From contig NC_043004.1 in NCBI RefSeq assembly GCF_006345805.1, positions 36,456,001 to 36,520,000 of the forward strand: DNA of 64,000 bases, read 5' to 3'. Both the position numbers and the translations under genes were made by a program. This document shows, piece by piece, positions 51,540-64,000 of this stretch (its first letter is position 1; every line of letters begins with the position of its first letter). The DNA is from Octopus sinensis. Lineage: Eukaryota. The notes beneath the pieces were generated by a model. It had not been told where the DNA came from. It searched no databases and saw nothing but the letters and a program-made list of their open reading frames with translations.

Positions 51540-53739
51540 TTGTATATACGCACAAACGATCATATTTTTATTGAAGGCATTGAAGGTACAATTGCTCATA
51601 TTGACAGAGTATTCCTTTTTCAAAGCAATTCCCCTTGTGGCTGTGAAGAACATCGAAGCCGTCATCTCCTAGACAGCTTCATTCACTACAAACTGATTAA
51701 TACAACAGCTCTATTCTGAGAGTGTTTGCTAATTGTACAACAGATCGAGAAAATAATTAATAACGGAATTACCATTTCAGTGATGCATTTAGCGCTTGCA
51801 AGGAACATCATTCTAAATTGTGCGAACAACTTTGTAGGTCACTAAATCTAATGGTGAGCAGCTTCGTTTTAGGGCCTTCATGAAGTACTTAACTACGAAA
51901 ACGATACCTGATCTGAGATGATAGCAGGTGAATCCTGAAGTGTCTTGTTGAACTAATGACCTGGCTACATTAAATTGAAGGTAATGTCCAGATCTATTAT
52001 GTTAAGGAAGTAAGAGCGATTAGCAACTGCCCCTCCTCACTTGCCACAATATCCAAATGCCAGCCATCGTTTAGAAATTTGTGAAAAACCTGATAGAGCT
52101 ATCCGTAGTCTGAGAAACACGTTAATCATTCAAGCGATGAACCACGAGTTAGAATCCTGAATAACTAAGGTGGATAAGCCAGTCGTATTTGGCTGGTTTA
52201 AGGTTTGAGCTACAACATAAGGTTTGCCTATAAGTTTTCTAGCTGCTCGTGGTCTGTCAGAATGGCGTATTGTTTTCAAAGTGTAGTAACCCATATTTTG
52301 TTACCTGTTACCCTGGACGTTTCTTACAGGAATTAATCTTTTAAGTTACTGGGAAGAACTGTGTCTTCAATTTCTTTTGAAAAATTGTGTGCGCGCGTGT
52401 GTATAGACTTGTTTCCTTCCCTGGGCGTCTGCTAATATTTTACATGCACCGCTTTCTCGCGTTGTTGTTTTTTTGTGTTTGTTCTTCTTTTCTTGGATTT
52501 ACTATATATATATATATATATATACATAAAGAGAGAGAGAGAGATAGTGAGAGGTCAGCAGGTTCCTATGGACAGGTTCCTATTGCCAAGCTTCGGAATC
52601 AGTGCAACATCACCCTGTATGGGCAGGCCCATAAACTGTAGAGCCCCACCAAAAGCCTGTAGGAAATTCATAAAGACGCGTGGTCTAGCGGTTTAGCAAT
52701 ACGGAGTTCTGCGAATTAAATCAATTTGACTGTGCTGAAACCAGAATAGGATAAAAGAGTATGACAAGATAAACTGTGGAATTCACGAAGTAGCATCGAG
52801 GGTGTAGATAAACGTATTGCCTCAAGGAAATCAATGAAAATTTAACGCAAGGGAATCATACATTTTTCTTTCTCTCTGTGTCTCTCACTCTGTCCTCATG
52901 CACACTTATACACACATCTATGTTTATATATATATATATATATATACAAACACACACATAGATATGTATATACAGGGAAAGGGACGTGTGCGTGTGTATG
53001 TATATATATATATATATATTTGTACAAATGTGCTCCTCACGCAAGGACACAGCGCAAATGCATGTTTGCAGAAGAGTAATTCCACTTCTTTGCTGTGAAA
53101 ATGACAGACTTTTGGCAACACTTCAAACTAAACATTACTTGAAACTATTTTGCCTCAAAACTTTCAGAGTGGTGTTGCTGAACGGATACGAAAACCATGC
53201 CAGCAATAGACAAGGAAATCCTATCATTTCACGCTTACAGCCTGCTGCTGCTGCAAACAGTTCTAGAAATATTCACTAAAGTTTTTCTCAACTTATTCTT
53301 GATTGGAATCATAATTGCCATCATTTTCTTTGTTACAGATGCAGCCCTCGTCCTCCACTTCGCAACGTTCACCATTGTTTCAGGCACTAAAATAATTACT
53401 GTTGTAGTAGTTGGACAATCAATAATACGCTTCCATTTAATTATATATAATATGGTGTGTTGGAGTGTGTGTAATTTATGTATATCAATATATATATATA
53501 GGTTTCTTTCTATGTCTCAGTAACTGAATATCTATATGTGTGCGTGCGCGCGCACGTGTGTATATGTATGTACAGCTAGACATCAATATACAGCTATTTC
53601 CTGTGATTAATTGTTTATTTTCTAATAAACTCAGTCGTTCTTTATATATATCTACATGCATACATACACATAATATATATATATATATACAAATACACAC
53701 ATACATACATATCATATATACACACACATACATACATAT

Positions 53740-53771
<32 letters not shown>

Positions 53772-53781
53772 TACATACATA

Positions 53782-53828
<47 letters not shown>

Positions 53829-53829
53829 T

Positions 53830-55800
53830 AGGACAATCACTAAGTTGTCAATAGAACTCAGAGTTTCCAATGCCGGAGCTAAGAGCTTCGAGTCATTTGA
53901 AACTCTGAGATCTATTATGACAAAAGTAGCGAAAGGTTCCGCCTAAAAGCAACACTGATGGAGATTGAAAAAGGCTGCAACAATCCTATGTGAGGGAGAA
54001 AGCAGACAAAGAAGCCTGGGTTATAAAAAAAACATTAAGTCAAACCCAAAGCCTTCTTTCATTACGCGAAAGAAACAGCGTCAGTACGCTGCAAGATAGG
54101 ACCCCTCTTCCAAAAGGATGGCTCCCTCACAGACAGTCCAACTAGGATCAATGAGGGACTGAATGACCAGTTCAAAAGTATCTTCACCACCCCGTTGAAT
54201 CACAGACAAGTGAACGAACCAGTGAACTTCTTTGCCGCTTCACCTATAACCAGCGAGGCAGTTACGATGGAATACATCGACATAAGCGAAGAAGATATCC
54301 TACTAGCCATAGATGAAGTGAACACAAACTCAACTGCTGGTCCTGATGGTTTCCCAGCTATCCTCCTCAAATCGTGTAAGCATGCCCTTGCACCCCCCCC
54401 CAGATCCTCTTCCAGTGCTTTCTCGCTAATGGCAGACTGCCAAGCAGCTGAAGTGGGGTGGGGGGGGATACTATGCCCAATCCATAAAGGAGTAAGCAGA
54501 GCAGATGCCAAAAACTATAGGCCTATTTTTCTGACTTCACACATCAGCAAAGTCATGGAATGGATAGTCAGAGGGAAACTAATCACATCCCTTGAAAAAA
54601 AGAAATAACTTGCTGAGTGATACCTAGCATGGCTTTCGACCAGGTAGGAGCTGCCTAAACCAACTCTTACAACATTATGACTGGATGTTGAGGCAGTTAC
54701 TCAACAACTCAAATGTGAACGTAATATACCTTGATTTTACAAAAGCTTTTGACAAGGTAGATCATGGTATGATATGCCACAAACTGCGTGATCTCGGCAT
54801 AGCTGGAAAACTTGGAAAGTGGTTACATGACTTTCTGAAAGATAGAAGTCAGGCAGTAGTGGCTAATGGAGCCAGCTCTATGAAAACACAAATAGTGAGC
54901 GGTGTTTCACAGGGCACTGTCTTGGGACCACTGCTTTTTATAGTGGCCCTCTCAGATATGCCGTCAGGAACCCGGATAGCCACCCTTGCTAGCTACGCAG
55001 ACGATACGAAATTCTCGCAGAAAATACAGAATCGCAGCGATGTTGCACATATGCAGCAGGAGTTGTACTCAATTTACAGATGGGCTGAGGATAATAATAT
55101 GTATTTTTATGCTGAAAGATTCCAAGCTCTGCGCTACCAGCGTCCAAAACTGAATATGAAACTTACAGGGTACACTGGACCATAGGGAATTTCAATCCCA
55201 GAGGCTAAGTTAGTGAGGGACATGGGTATCGACATGAGTGATGATACCTCTTTCCAAGTGCACATTACCAGGATGGCGACAAAGTGTAGACGACTGGCTG
55301 GATGGATCCTAAGAACATTCAGAAGCAGAGATAGGGAAACCATGATGGTTCTCTGGAGGACATTCGTCCTCCGCCGCCTGGATTACTGCTCACAGCTATG
55401 GTCACCCAGCAGTATGAAATTAACAGCGGACCTTGAAGCAATCAAGAGAAGATTCACAAAGAAGATCGGCCCTTTGCTACTGCTCAGCTACTGGGAAAGG
55501 CTGAAACACCTAAGACTCTGCTCCCTGGAGCGAAGGCGGGAGAGGTATGCAGTAATATAAATCTGGAAGATTTTAGCATTGAAAGCTACACTAATGGCAG
55601 AACGGGACGACACTGCATAGTGCCAAAGATCCCAGCAATGCCATCGCGCTTCAGGACCAGTTACTGCAACAACCTGGGTTTCAAGGGCCCACAGCTTTTC
55701 AATATTCTCCCAAAGAGTTGAGGAACCTGCACAAAGTAGATGTAGGGTTTTTTTTAAATCAAAGCTGGACCTCTTCCTTTTGAGAGTCCCAGATGAACCT
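53830..55800 (+). mobile_element. Decayed 5'-truncated LINE (RT domain and C-terminus), CR1/L2-group-like
   Basis: PKAFFHYAK, STAGPDGFPAILLKSC, NYRPIFLTSHISKVME, HGFRPGRSCLNQLL, YLDFTKAFDKVDH, GVSQGTVLGPLLF, YADD, RRLDYCSQLWSP, SLERRRERY, KLDLFLLRVPDEP. Several stops and frameshifts. Confidence 0.95.
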
Positions 55801-55829
55801 ACATCATGGTTCATCTATATATATATATA

Positions 55830-56600
55830 AAGTTAGAGGTGTTAAGCCATCTAAGGGAAAGAAATATCCAGCGGCACTCCTGGTAATTACCACCGTAAGT
55901 ATGGTCCTTAGTATAAGGTGTACGGCAGCAGGTAATTTTAAGAGGTAAACCGTAGTTTAATGTATATATAGACGATAATTGGAGGAAAAGCAACAAATAG
56001 AAGTGTGTTTGTGGTGCTAAAAAGCCATTATTTAATTAAGGTGAGAGTAAGAGTGGGTTTACAGCTGTTTCTGTGTACCGTAGTTGAGGTAAATATGTAT
56101 TTACCTCGTTGCAAATGGTAGACGTCATCAGAACGAAGAAGGCAGAGATAAACAAAGAGGAGAATAGAACGAAAGAAATTGGAGAAGAAAATGTTCAATG
56201 ATTCCAAAGTCTTACATTTTAGTTGTGTTCAAAGTTCATTAAATCCATTGTAAGGTAGTTGAATAGAAGATGGTTGAATCCGAAGTCTCGTAGTTGGTTA
56301 TTTACATGACTTCAACGTGTCTGCCTTTTCAGCTAGTCGACCGCCGGTGTAATCTGAAGAAGTTATCCCTAAAATGGGATATCCGGTGTGGTAAATAGGA
56401 GCTATGTGTCACTAACTTATAAGTTGTGGGTAGTTCGTATATTTTGAGTGGAAGCCGTAAATGAGGGTAGAGTTTATATCTAGCAAGAGTGCGATTTAGC
56501 GCTAATACCAGAAAGAAATAATCGTCATTGTGAATTATCTGCTAAACGTTTTTGGAAGTTGTCCTTTGCTATATTTGACGAGAGATTGTCGTGATACCTG
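55830..56600 (-). mobile_element. Probable decayed PLE 3' end with pseudo-LTR
   Basis: Carries the HHR at 56057-56134 and ends at (TA)n at about 55815-55829. Weak GIY-YIG-like remnants upstream (IAKDNFQKRLA, NRTLARY). Confidence 0.5.
56057..56134 (-). ncRNA. Type I hammerhead motif with long stem II, slightly degenerate
   Basis: GTT CTGATGA, 53-nt stem II (TACC/GGTA, inner GAGGTAAAT-acat-ATTTACCTC), GAAAC, palindrome ACAGCTGT, A17, AAC. The 10.1-11.1 pair is C-A and stem I is only 3 bp. Confidence 0.7.
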
Positions 56601-56963
56601 CTAGTGTGGTACAATCATTTTCTGTCCATCACACACTGGTTTAATATAAGTCAGTCTTGGGCAAGAGGATTTCTATGTAGGTTTTGATATAAATGAGTTT
56701 GAATGAAAATTAAAAGTATTTCATGCTAGATTATTTTTACTTTAGCGATCCCTTCATTGAAATAATATTGATTCAATATTTTTAAGCAAATGACTGTTAT
56801 TATCATTTTTATATATTATTATAATAATATTTCTTTCTACCATAGGCAGAAGGTTTGAAATATGGTGATGAATTCCATTTGAGCACAGGAGTTGATGGCT
56901 CCTATCCACAAAATTTTTGGAATTTTACATATAGCAGAAAGAATCAAAACTATTTATTTGTTT

Positions 56964-57077
56964 AAGGCGGCGGCGATCTGGCAGAATAGTTAGTGTGTTG
57001 AACAAAGTGTTTCGCAGCATTTATTCCAACTGGGTTTCAAATCCTACCGCGGTCAACTTCACTTTTCATTTCTCGAA
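56964..57077 (+). mobile_element. Degraded SINE family A head
   Basis: AAGGCGGCGGCGATCTGGCAGAATAGTTAG...GGGTTTCAAATCCTACCGCGGTCAACTT. Confidence 0.65.
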
Positions 57078-57270
57078 AAAGTAAAAAGCCCCTCTTTGCA
57101 ACACTGCTGATTTCTTACCACAATTTGAATTCTTTTTGTTTATTTATTTTAATTGTGATTAATATTTTGGGAACAAGATATAATCATAGAGTACAGGTCA
57201 ACTTGGATGCAGATAATAGAAATGATAACAGCTCAGAAATCAAACGTTCCATTCTTTTTCGGGTTTTGTA

Positions 57271-58074
57271 GGGCCGAATGTAGTTTCGTACCTTTGAAAG
57301 TTTCTGTTTCAGGTTCCTACGTTTTAGAGGTCGGAGATTACGAATATGCAAAAAAAAAAAAAAAAATTAACCCTCCCCCCAACCAACACCACCCTTCAAT
57401 TTAAAATTTTGGACTTTTTCGAATTTTATTTTCCTATGTTTTAGATGACGGAAATTCTGGATATGCAAGAAACCACGTTTTGTAACTTTTAAATTCAATA
57501 AGCATAAAGATAGGTGTATAAAGAGATAGATATAAATGTCTTCCTGGGGCTAAAAACAACAGTAACACGGTCTTCTATAGGACTGCCACATTAAGTTGAA
57601 AAATATATTTTATGAATAAACGGACAAGAATAAATAGATAGACAGACAAATAAATGGATGGAAAAGTTCAAAATTTAGAATTGGAGGAGGGGTGAAATTT
57701 GAGCCCCTTATTAAACTTTATAACATAAATTATTAAATATTAATGTTTGTTTCTCACAAAATGGCTCACATGGGGATCTGATGTATATTTAATTTACATT
57801 ATATTATTATTTACGATTTTTTTAAGGCAAACTCAAGTAAAACGCAAATTCTTTTCACTTTAATGTTTTTGTCTGTATATATTTCGATTTGCGTATGTTC
57901 GTTAATTCGCTACGATCTCTTTAAAGTAAACAAAATCAGAAATTTTAATCTGAGGGAAGGGTGAAATAAAAATAATTTTTTTTACATATTCCTAATCTCC
58001 GGCGTCTAAAAAGTAGGAATCCGAAAAAAAATTTAATACATTTTTCAAGGAGAGATGCGAAACTGCATCAGCCC
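57271..58074. mobile_element. Non-autonomous Mutator-like DNA transposon (MITE), 804 bp
   Basis: Imperfect TIRs of about 90 bp (left GGGCCGAATGTAGTTTCGTA..., right reverse complement GGGCTGATGCAGTTTCGCA...; shared CCTAC.TTTTAGA...CGGAGATTA.GAATATG.AAAAAA). 9-bp TSD GGTTTTGTA (57262-57270) / GGTTTTGAA (58075-58083). Confidence 0.8.
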
Positions 58075-60484
58075 GGTTTTGAATTTGAGCAAAACACAGT
58101 TATGCGCTCATCAGCTTAGCAACCAACATATAAGAATAGACACCAGATCGTTCGCGAAAGTCACTTACTGTCGACCGGCACGCTAATCAAATACTATTAA
58201 CTTAAATTAGTCATTAATCCACTAGAAGTTGATAAAATCGCATCTAATAAAATCTCTTCAGCTTACTGTACTTCTCCCATGTGGTCGTGTGCAGATATGC
58301 CAACAATTATCACGAGGCAAGGACCGTAGAAAATAATATTAACGAGTAAGGGAGTTGATGATTGCAACTTTCATTTTTTCGCTTGAAGCTACTTAACTTA
58401 CGTCTGCACTGACGGGAAGTGTAAACATGGAATAGGTTATTTTTCGGACGTCTAAAATACATTTCTGTCAAATAAAAATAGGTTCTAACAAACTGAAGGC
58501 TTTAAATATTTTTCTTGGGGGAGGCAGGTCGATTTGATCAAAAATGTAAAACCTTGGGCATGCCTTCCATTGAGCTTCGTTATTTCACTCGGCAGAGCTA
58601 TTTCCGCCTTTCACTTGTGAGAAGATAACACTGAACATTTATAATTTATTACGTCGCAGTCTTTCAACAATATTTAAAATCAGAGACAAATTAATCTTTT
58701 TTACAAAAGCATTGGAATTATCATTTACATATTTCATGAATAAACATGGTGAAAAGATGCTATATTTTACCTCAAATTGTTCCTCCAGTTTACTTTTTCC
58801 TATGCTGGGATCGAACTCGCATAGACTGGCATAAAAGGATGGAAACGAATCACAGCATATCGTTGTATCCCCGCATAACAACGCCTCTAATAGTACGTCA
58901 TATACGAACACATATTGCTCCTAGAAGAGAGAAGAGAATTATTTTAAGTGTCAGAGAGGAAAACCGAAATGGCAACGGAATGAAATAAATCAAAATTGTC
59001 CCATTTTGGAAATTTATTGGATGCCAAAAACAAAGAGAGAAAAAAACAATAAAAAATTAAATAAAACCTATAATGAGAAGAAAAACAAAAAAAAAAAACG
59101 AAGTATACAGTAAGAAATACATTTATCGGAGAGTACACACACACACATTTATTTATTTATTCATAAAGGTATGTGTGTATGTGATATTTATTCTTTCTTT
59201 ATTCTTCTTCAAACCTTTAGAATGAATTCTCTTTTGATTCTATTATCATTATTAGTATTATTTTCATTTTTATTTTTCGTATTATATATCATTATGATAT
59301 TGTTGTTGTTGTTGTAGCTGTTGTTAAATAGAAAACAGTAACTGTGCTATAAAACTGGTGATAAGGGAATAATAATATCGCAGATAACACAAAAGCAAAG
59401 ACCTTCCTGCACTCCCCCCCCTTATTGTAATGACAACAACAATAACAAGACGAACGGGGATAATGATGATAACGATCGTAATAAATATAATAAACAACTT
59501 CATAATTACCGCCATCGTTATCATTAATGTAATAATTACGACTGCCGTTATCATTAGTGAGTTAATTTATAAACAAAGCGATATTGCCATTATTAGCATC
59601 GCTCAACCGACCTCCTTGCTACATCCCTATCTTCATCACCGTTGCCACTACTATCACCTATGGCAACAATAACAACAACAAGCTTAATAACGTCGTCCTT
59701 CCTGATATCATTTACAGCAACCAGCACCACCACTAACCCCATGCACGCAAGGGAGTTCGCATGCGGTCGCTGGGTTTGCTAAAATAGCTGCCGAATCGCC
59801 CTCAAATCCCAGCCTGCTATTCTGAAAATGGACGTGTTGGGTAATGTATTTTTAGCTGCTATGTGTGAGGAGGGGGAGAGGTGGCCACGGCTAGAATGCA
59901 TTAAATGTGTTCAGAGACATATTTCTAGACACCATAAATACATATATAGATGGATGCATAAATTTATAGACACACACACACATCTATCTATCTATATATA
60001 TTATATATATATATATATATATATCTATATATATATATAAAATAAGATACATACATACACACACACACACACATATATATAGTAGCAACAGAAAAGAGGA
60101 ATTTCGATTATCCCCACGTAGTGAGTTGTAATGTATATAAGAAATTAAAAAAGGAAAATACGCACACTTACATAGTTTTAATATAATTTTTGATATATCG
60201 ACCGGTTTTGCTATCGCTATTCATGATATTATGTTTTACTTATTTGAATATATATTTTTTCTTATGAAGAAATTTTTTATTTCTTATATATATATATATA
60301 TATAGGCAAAACGCTACTGTATTATTACCAGTGATATTCCCGGCACAATATACAAACTACTAACTTTAGCTACGTAACTGCCGACATTCCTGCCACCAAT
60401 ATCACCACTCAGACCACGATAAATTCCTGTTAATGTTACTACTATAATACTATCTCTATGGTCAGCTCGTCGCCTTGGCCATAG

Positions 60485-60655
60485 AAATAGTAGTTTGTCC
60501 GTCTTTACGTTCTGAGTTCAAATTCCAGCGAGATCAATTTACCTTTCATTCTTTCGCGTTCGATAAAATAAATACCAGTTGTTTACTGGGGAGCGAAGTA
60601 ATCAACTTATCTCCCCTTCGAAAATATTGGCCCTGTTCTAAAATTTGAAACCAAT
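60485..60655 (+). mobile_element. 5'-truncated SINE family A
   Basis: GTCCGTCTTTACGTTCTGAGTTCAAATTCC...AAAATTTGAAACCAAT. Confidence 0.8.
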
Positions 60656-62102
60656 AGTATTCCTATTACCATCATCAACGCCACATCCTTCTTAACCCCA
60701 TTCACTAAACCGCAACCGGGAATACGACATGAATTAGTAACAACGGCATCTTTCATTGGTAGGGAAAGTATAACTAGTAGCAAAAAAACAGAACACCAAC
60801 TTCAATAAACTGGATTTACATTTTCTGAACGAGTTTACTATTAAAGCCAGAAAGTATTTCCTTCAACGGCGTCGCTCGTACATCACCGACTTTAACAAAT
60901 TCTCCGTACGTAGAAAGCATGGAAACACTCAGATACGAAGACGGTCTTTTCAAATACATCGGCCATCACACGACCCCACTTTCATATCAGTAGCAATAAC
61001 ACTAATAAATATTCACAACAATAATAACAATTACCATCACTACTACTACCAAGAAGAAGAAGAATATCGTAACCGAAGCTATTACCAATATTGTTCACTT
61101 TTTAGGTGAAGCCTATAAATATTTTCTGAACATATTTAAAGAGTTTTAGGTGTTGTTTTTGGTTTTATGAGTTTATAATTATTAATACCATAAAATGTAG
61201 GTTTAGATGAAGCAAATCTTTCGTAAATCCTTAAATCACCCGACATGCTTTCAGTAGAGAACAAAACAAACAAAAGCAATATTGCATGACTATAAAACAA
61301 TAACAAAAAAAATTATCTAATCTGAAATTAATCTGCCCAATCTTTCATTTTAAAAATGATAAAAGTAAAATTAGCAATATAGTAAAACAAAATAAACATT
61401 AATTTTATTGGTTAGTCGCCACAAATATTCTTCATTGCCTTCCACAACACCACAAACATCAAATATCTTAATGTATTTGCTTTATTCTATTATTTATTTC
61501 TAAAGTTGAAGAACATGCGTAGCGAAAGTAGTTTTGATTGATAGTTAATATCTTTTTCATAGCTCATCCAATATTACAGTTAACTTGATTTAAATAGAAT
61601 CGGGATCAAGTAAAAATGAATGATTTATTAAATGGAAGGTTGGGTGTTGAATAAACCAACAATGATTAATATCTGCTCTGATAAAAATTCACTTATAAAA
61701 TGGGAGAAGAAAAAAAAAAAAAACGTGTGTGAGCGTGTGCGTTTATATAGGCGAAGCCACTTATAGTGATCAACTTGGGACGGTGAGGTTTAGATGAAAA
61801 TAAACGTATGATAACATTAAGCAGTAGATAGAAGAATATTTTGAGTTTGGTAACTACAAATTGTTATAACAATAATCGTTTGATAAACGTATTGATTACA
61901 AATAGCCAGTGCTATATATATGTACGGCTGTGAGTGTGTATGTATATACACACAAGCAGCGCTGTATCAATATAGACAATCATGCATTGGAATATTCAGA
62001 TACCACCACGGATATATATATATACATACCTATATTTAAGAATATCATGTATATATGAATGCTTATTGCCTATATATGATATATGCGTGTGTGTGTGTGT
62101 CA

Positions 62103-62143
<41 letters not shown>

Positions 62144-62144
<1 letters not shown>

Positions 62145-62340
62145 CCAATCATGAAAACACAAAGAGAAAACACAACAACGCGAGGACGTGGAACAAGTAT
62201 AGTGTTATTTGGACGCTCAGGAAAGAAGGCAGGTTTAACGTTTCGAGCGGAGCTCTTCGTTAGAAACATAGGATAAGGAAAGAGCCAAAGAAGGGAAGAC
62301 GGAGGAAAAAATCGCCAACGGTACACACGCGGTCACATTT
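62144..62340 (-). mobile_element. Short PLE pseudo-LTR-like element with minimal HHR
   Basis: Non-microsatellite block holding the HHR at 62233-62267, terminating at (TA)n at 62143. Confidence 0.6.
62233..62267 (-). ncRNA. Minimal type I hammerhead motif with G5 to A substitution
   Basis: GTTT CTAACGA A GAGC-tcc-GCTC GAAAC GT T AAAC: perfect stem I (GTTT/AAAC), stem II (GAGC/GCTC) and ACGT palindrome. The core differs from CUGANGA at one base. Confidence 0.75.
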
Positions 62341-63108
62341 TGGATTTATGAGTATACGTTTATATGTACGTATGTTTAAATGTAAGGAGATAATTGGCAG
62401 TAGCGTTACAGGCTCGAGTAGATTGCTTTAATCGTTACACATATCTAAAAACTTTCTTTTCAACAAATAAAGATGAAGGATTGATGCTTCTCTCCCTCAC
62501 TTTTTATGGACCTTTTATCCCACTGGACTGAGTCGGCCATACGAAGTTGCAGCCCCATCACATGTGTCCTGATGATTGAAATCCTGAGAATCGTTATCAG
62601 ACTACAGACGTTCTCGTAAGGGTTAAGAATTAGGAAATGATGATGATACCGTGACCGACAGTGAAAGTAACACATCTCTCTCTCTCCTTCTCTCTCTTCC
62701 TCTCTCTTTCACACACAAACATAAGTACGTGCATGCACACGCGAGTGAGTAATATTAATAAACGAAGATAATAAGATTGGAATTTTAGGCTTCATACAAC
62801 ATATACGTTTCAGTTAGTTGAGTCGTTATTACTTACTTCCTCACCACTTACTTCTTCACCATTCTAAGAAAAAGATAGCTTTTGGTAACACAATGTGCCT
62901 TCCAGAGCACTTGGTATTGTACATTTGTTTGGGCGGAGAGGTACTTGGATTTAATATAGTAAATACAACTTATAGCCTTATGAACTCTATGAATATTCTG
63001 GTAAAATTTCGAAAATATTCGCTGATTTTCATAACTTTAGTACGAATCTAGACGCTACAAAGTCTAATATAACACCAATGCAAACAGATAGCAAACTCTG
63101 TCTCCGTC

Positions 63109-63150
<42 letters not shown>

Positions 63151-63344
63151 TGTGTGTGTGTGTGTGGTGTGTGTGTGTGTGTGTGTGTGTGATTTAAAGC
63201 AAAAACGCCTGAGATTGAATAACTGCGCTGGAATTTTTACGGAAATCTTTAACAAAAACGAACATTTTACGAAAATGACACTAACCATTAATCGACGATT
63301 AATTTTAAAGGTGAAGGCCCAATCCCAGGGGGTGCACAGCGGAA

Positions 63345-63600
63345 GGCAATATTAGATATAGGAGGACATCCTTATTTTGCTTTGGCTCAGGTTCGAGCTT
63401 ATTCCCGGTAGGATTTATGCGGGTAGCGGGTTACTACCGGTAACCTTTGGTATCCACAAGTTTTCAGAAGTCTTCAAGTGCTTAGAACCCTCCTGATAAT
63501 CCTTGCTGTCCCTAAGACGCAAAATTTCTAGAGGAGCTCTACCGGGCATTCTATTTCAATTTCCTTTGGCCATTTATCTTGGGGTCAGCCATTTCTCTTA
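63345..63600 (-). mobile_element. 3' end of an R4/Dong-like LINE
   Basis: Minus strand KWPKEIEIECPVELL*KFCVLGTARIIRRVLST*, matching the LQK..LLGTARI.R.VL C-terminus of this group, followed by a GC-richer 3' UTR. Confidence 0.7.
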
Positions 63601-63734
63601 ACTTACTATCCCCCAAAAATAATTATTGTAGGCATAACCTTTACTGTTTTCATGCTCCAAATTCTTCCTATTTCAAATTTTATGGGGATTGTATTTTTCC
63701 TCCCTTTTTCTTTACAATCCTGGATGATTGGTCG

Positions 63735-63773
<39 letters not shown>

Positions 63774-63775
<2 letters not shown>

Positions 63776-64000
63776 GGCAGTGAGCTGGCAGAATTGTTAG
63801 TACGCCGGACGAAACGTTTAGTAGTATTTCGTATGCCGTTACGTTCTGAGTTCAAATTCCGCCCAGGGCGACTTTGCCTTTCATCCTTTCGGGGTCGATT
63901 AAATAAGTACCAGTTACGCACTGGGGCCGATATAATCGACTTAATTTGTTTGTCTGTCTTTGTTTGTCCTCTCTGTGTTTAGCCCCTTGTGGGTAGTAAA
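63774..64000 (+). mobile_element. SINE family A, near full length, directly after (ATT)n and cut by the window end
   Basis: AAGGCAGTGAGCTGGCAGAATTGTTAG...GAGTTCAAATTCC...GTGGGTAGTAAA; matches the reverse complement of 45803-46033. Confidence 0.95.

Overview
AT-rich, microsatellite-dense eukaryotic DNA. The SINE and LINE repertoire resembles octopod cephalopod (Octopus-like) genomic DNA; this is recalled resemblance, not a search result. I find no confidently supported host protein-coding gene, so the window looks intronic or intergenic. It contains many tRNA-derived SINEs of three families, two decayed CR1/L2-group-like LINE RT copies, R4/Dong-like LINE remnants, a Mutator-like MITE with a 9-bp TSD, and two large punctuated (AT)n satellites. 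The most striking signal is a set of Penelope-like element (PLE) sequences carrying type I hammerhead ribozyme (HHR) motifs. Seven motifs can be read by eye, and three have a fully canonical core. One of these three lies in the 3' pseudo-LTR of a ~3.3 kb frameshifted RT plus GIY-YIG PLE that has inverted termini. The other two are identical copies set in a 144-bp inverted repeat. A further HHR is fused downstream of a tRNA-derived Pol III head. All structures were assigned by manual inspection, and boundaries of decayed repeats are approximate.
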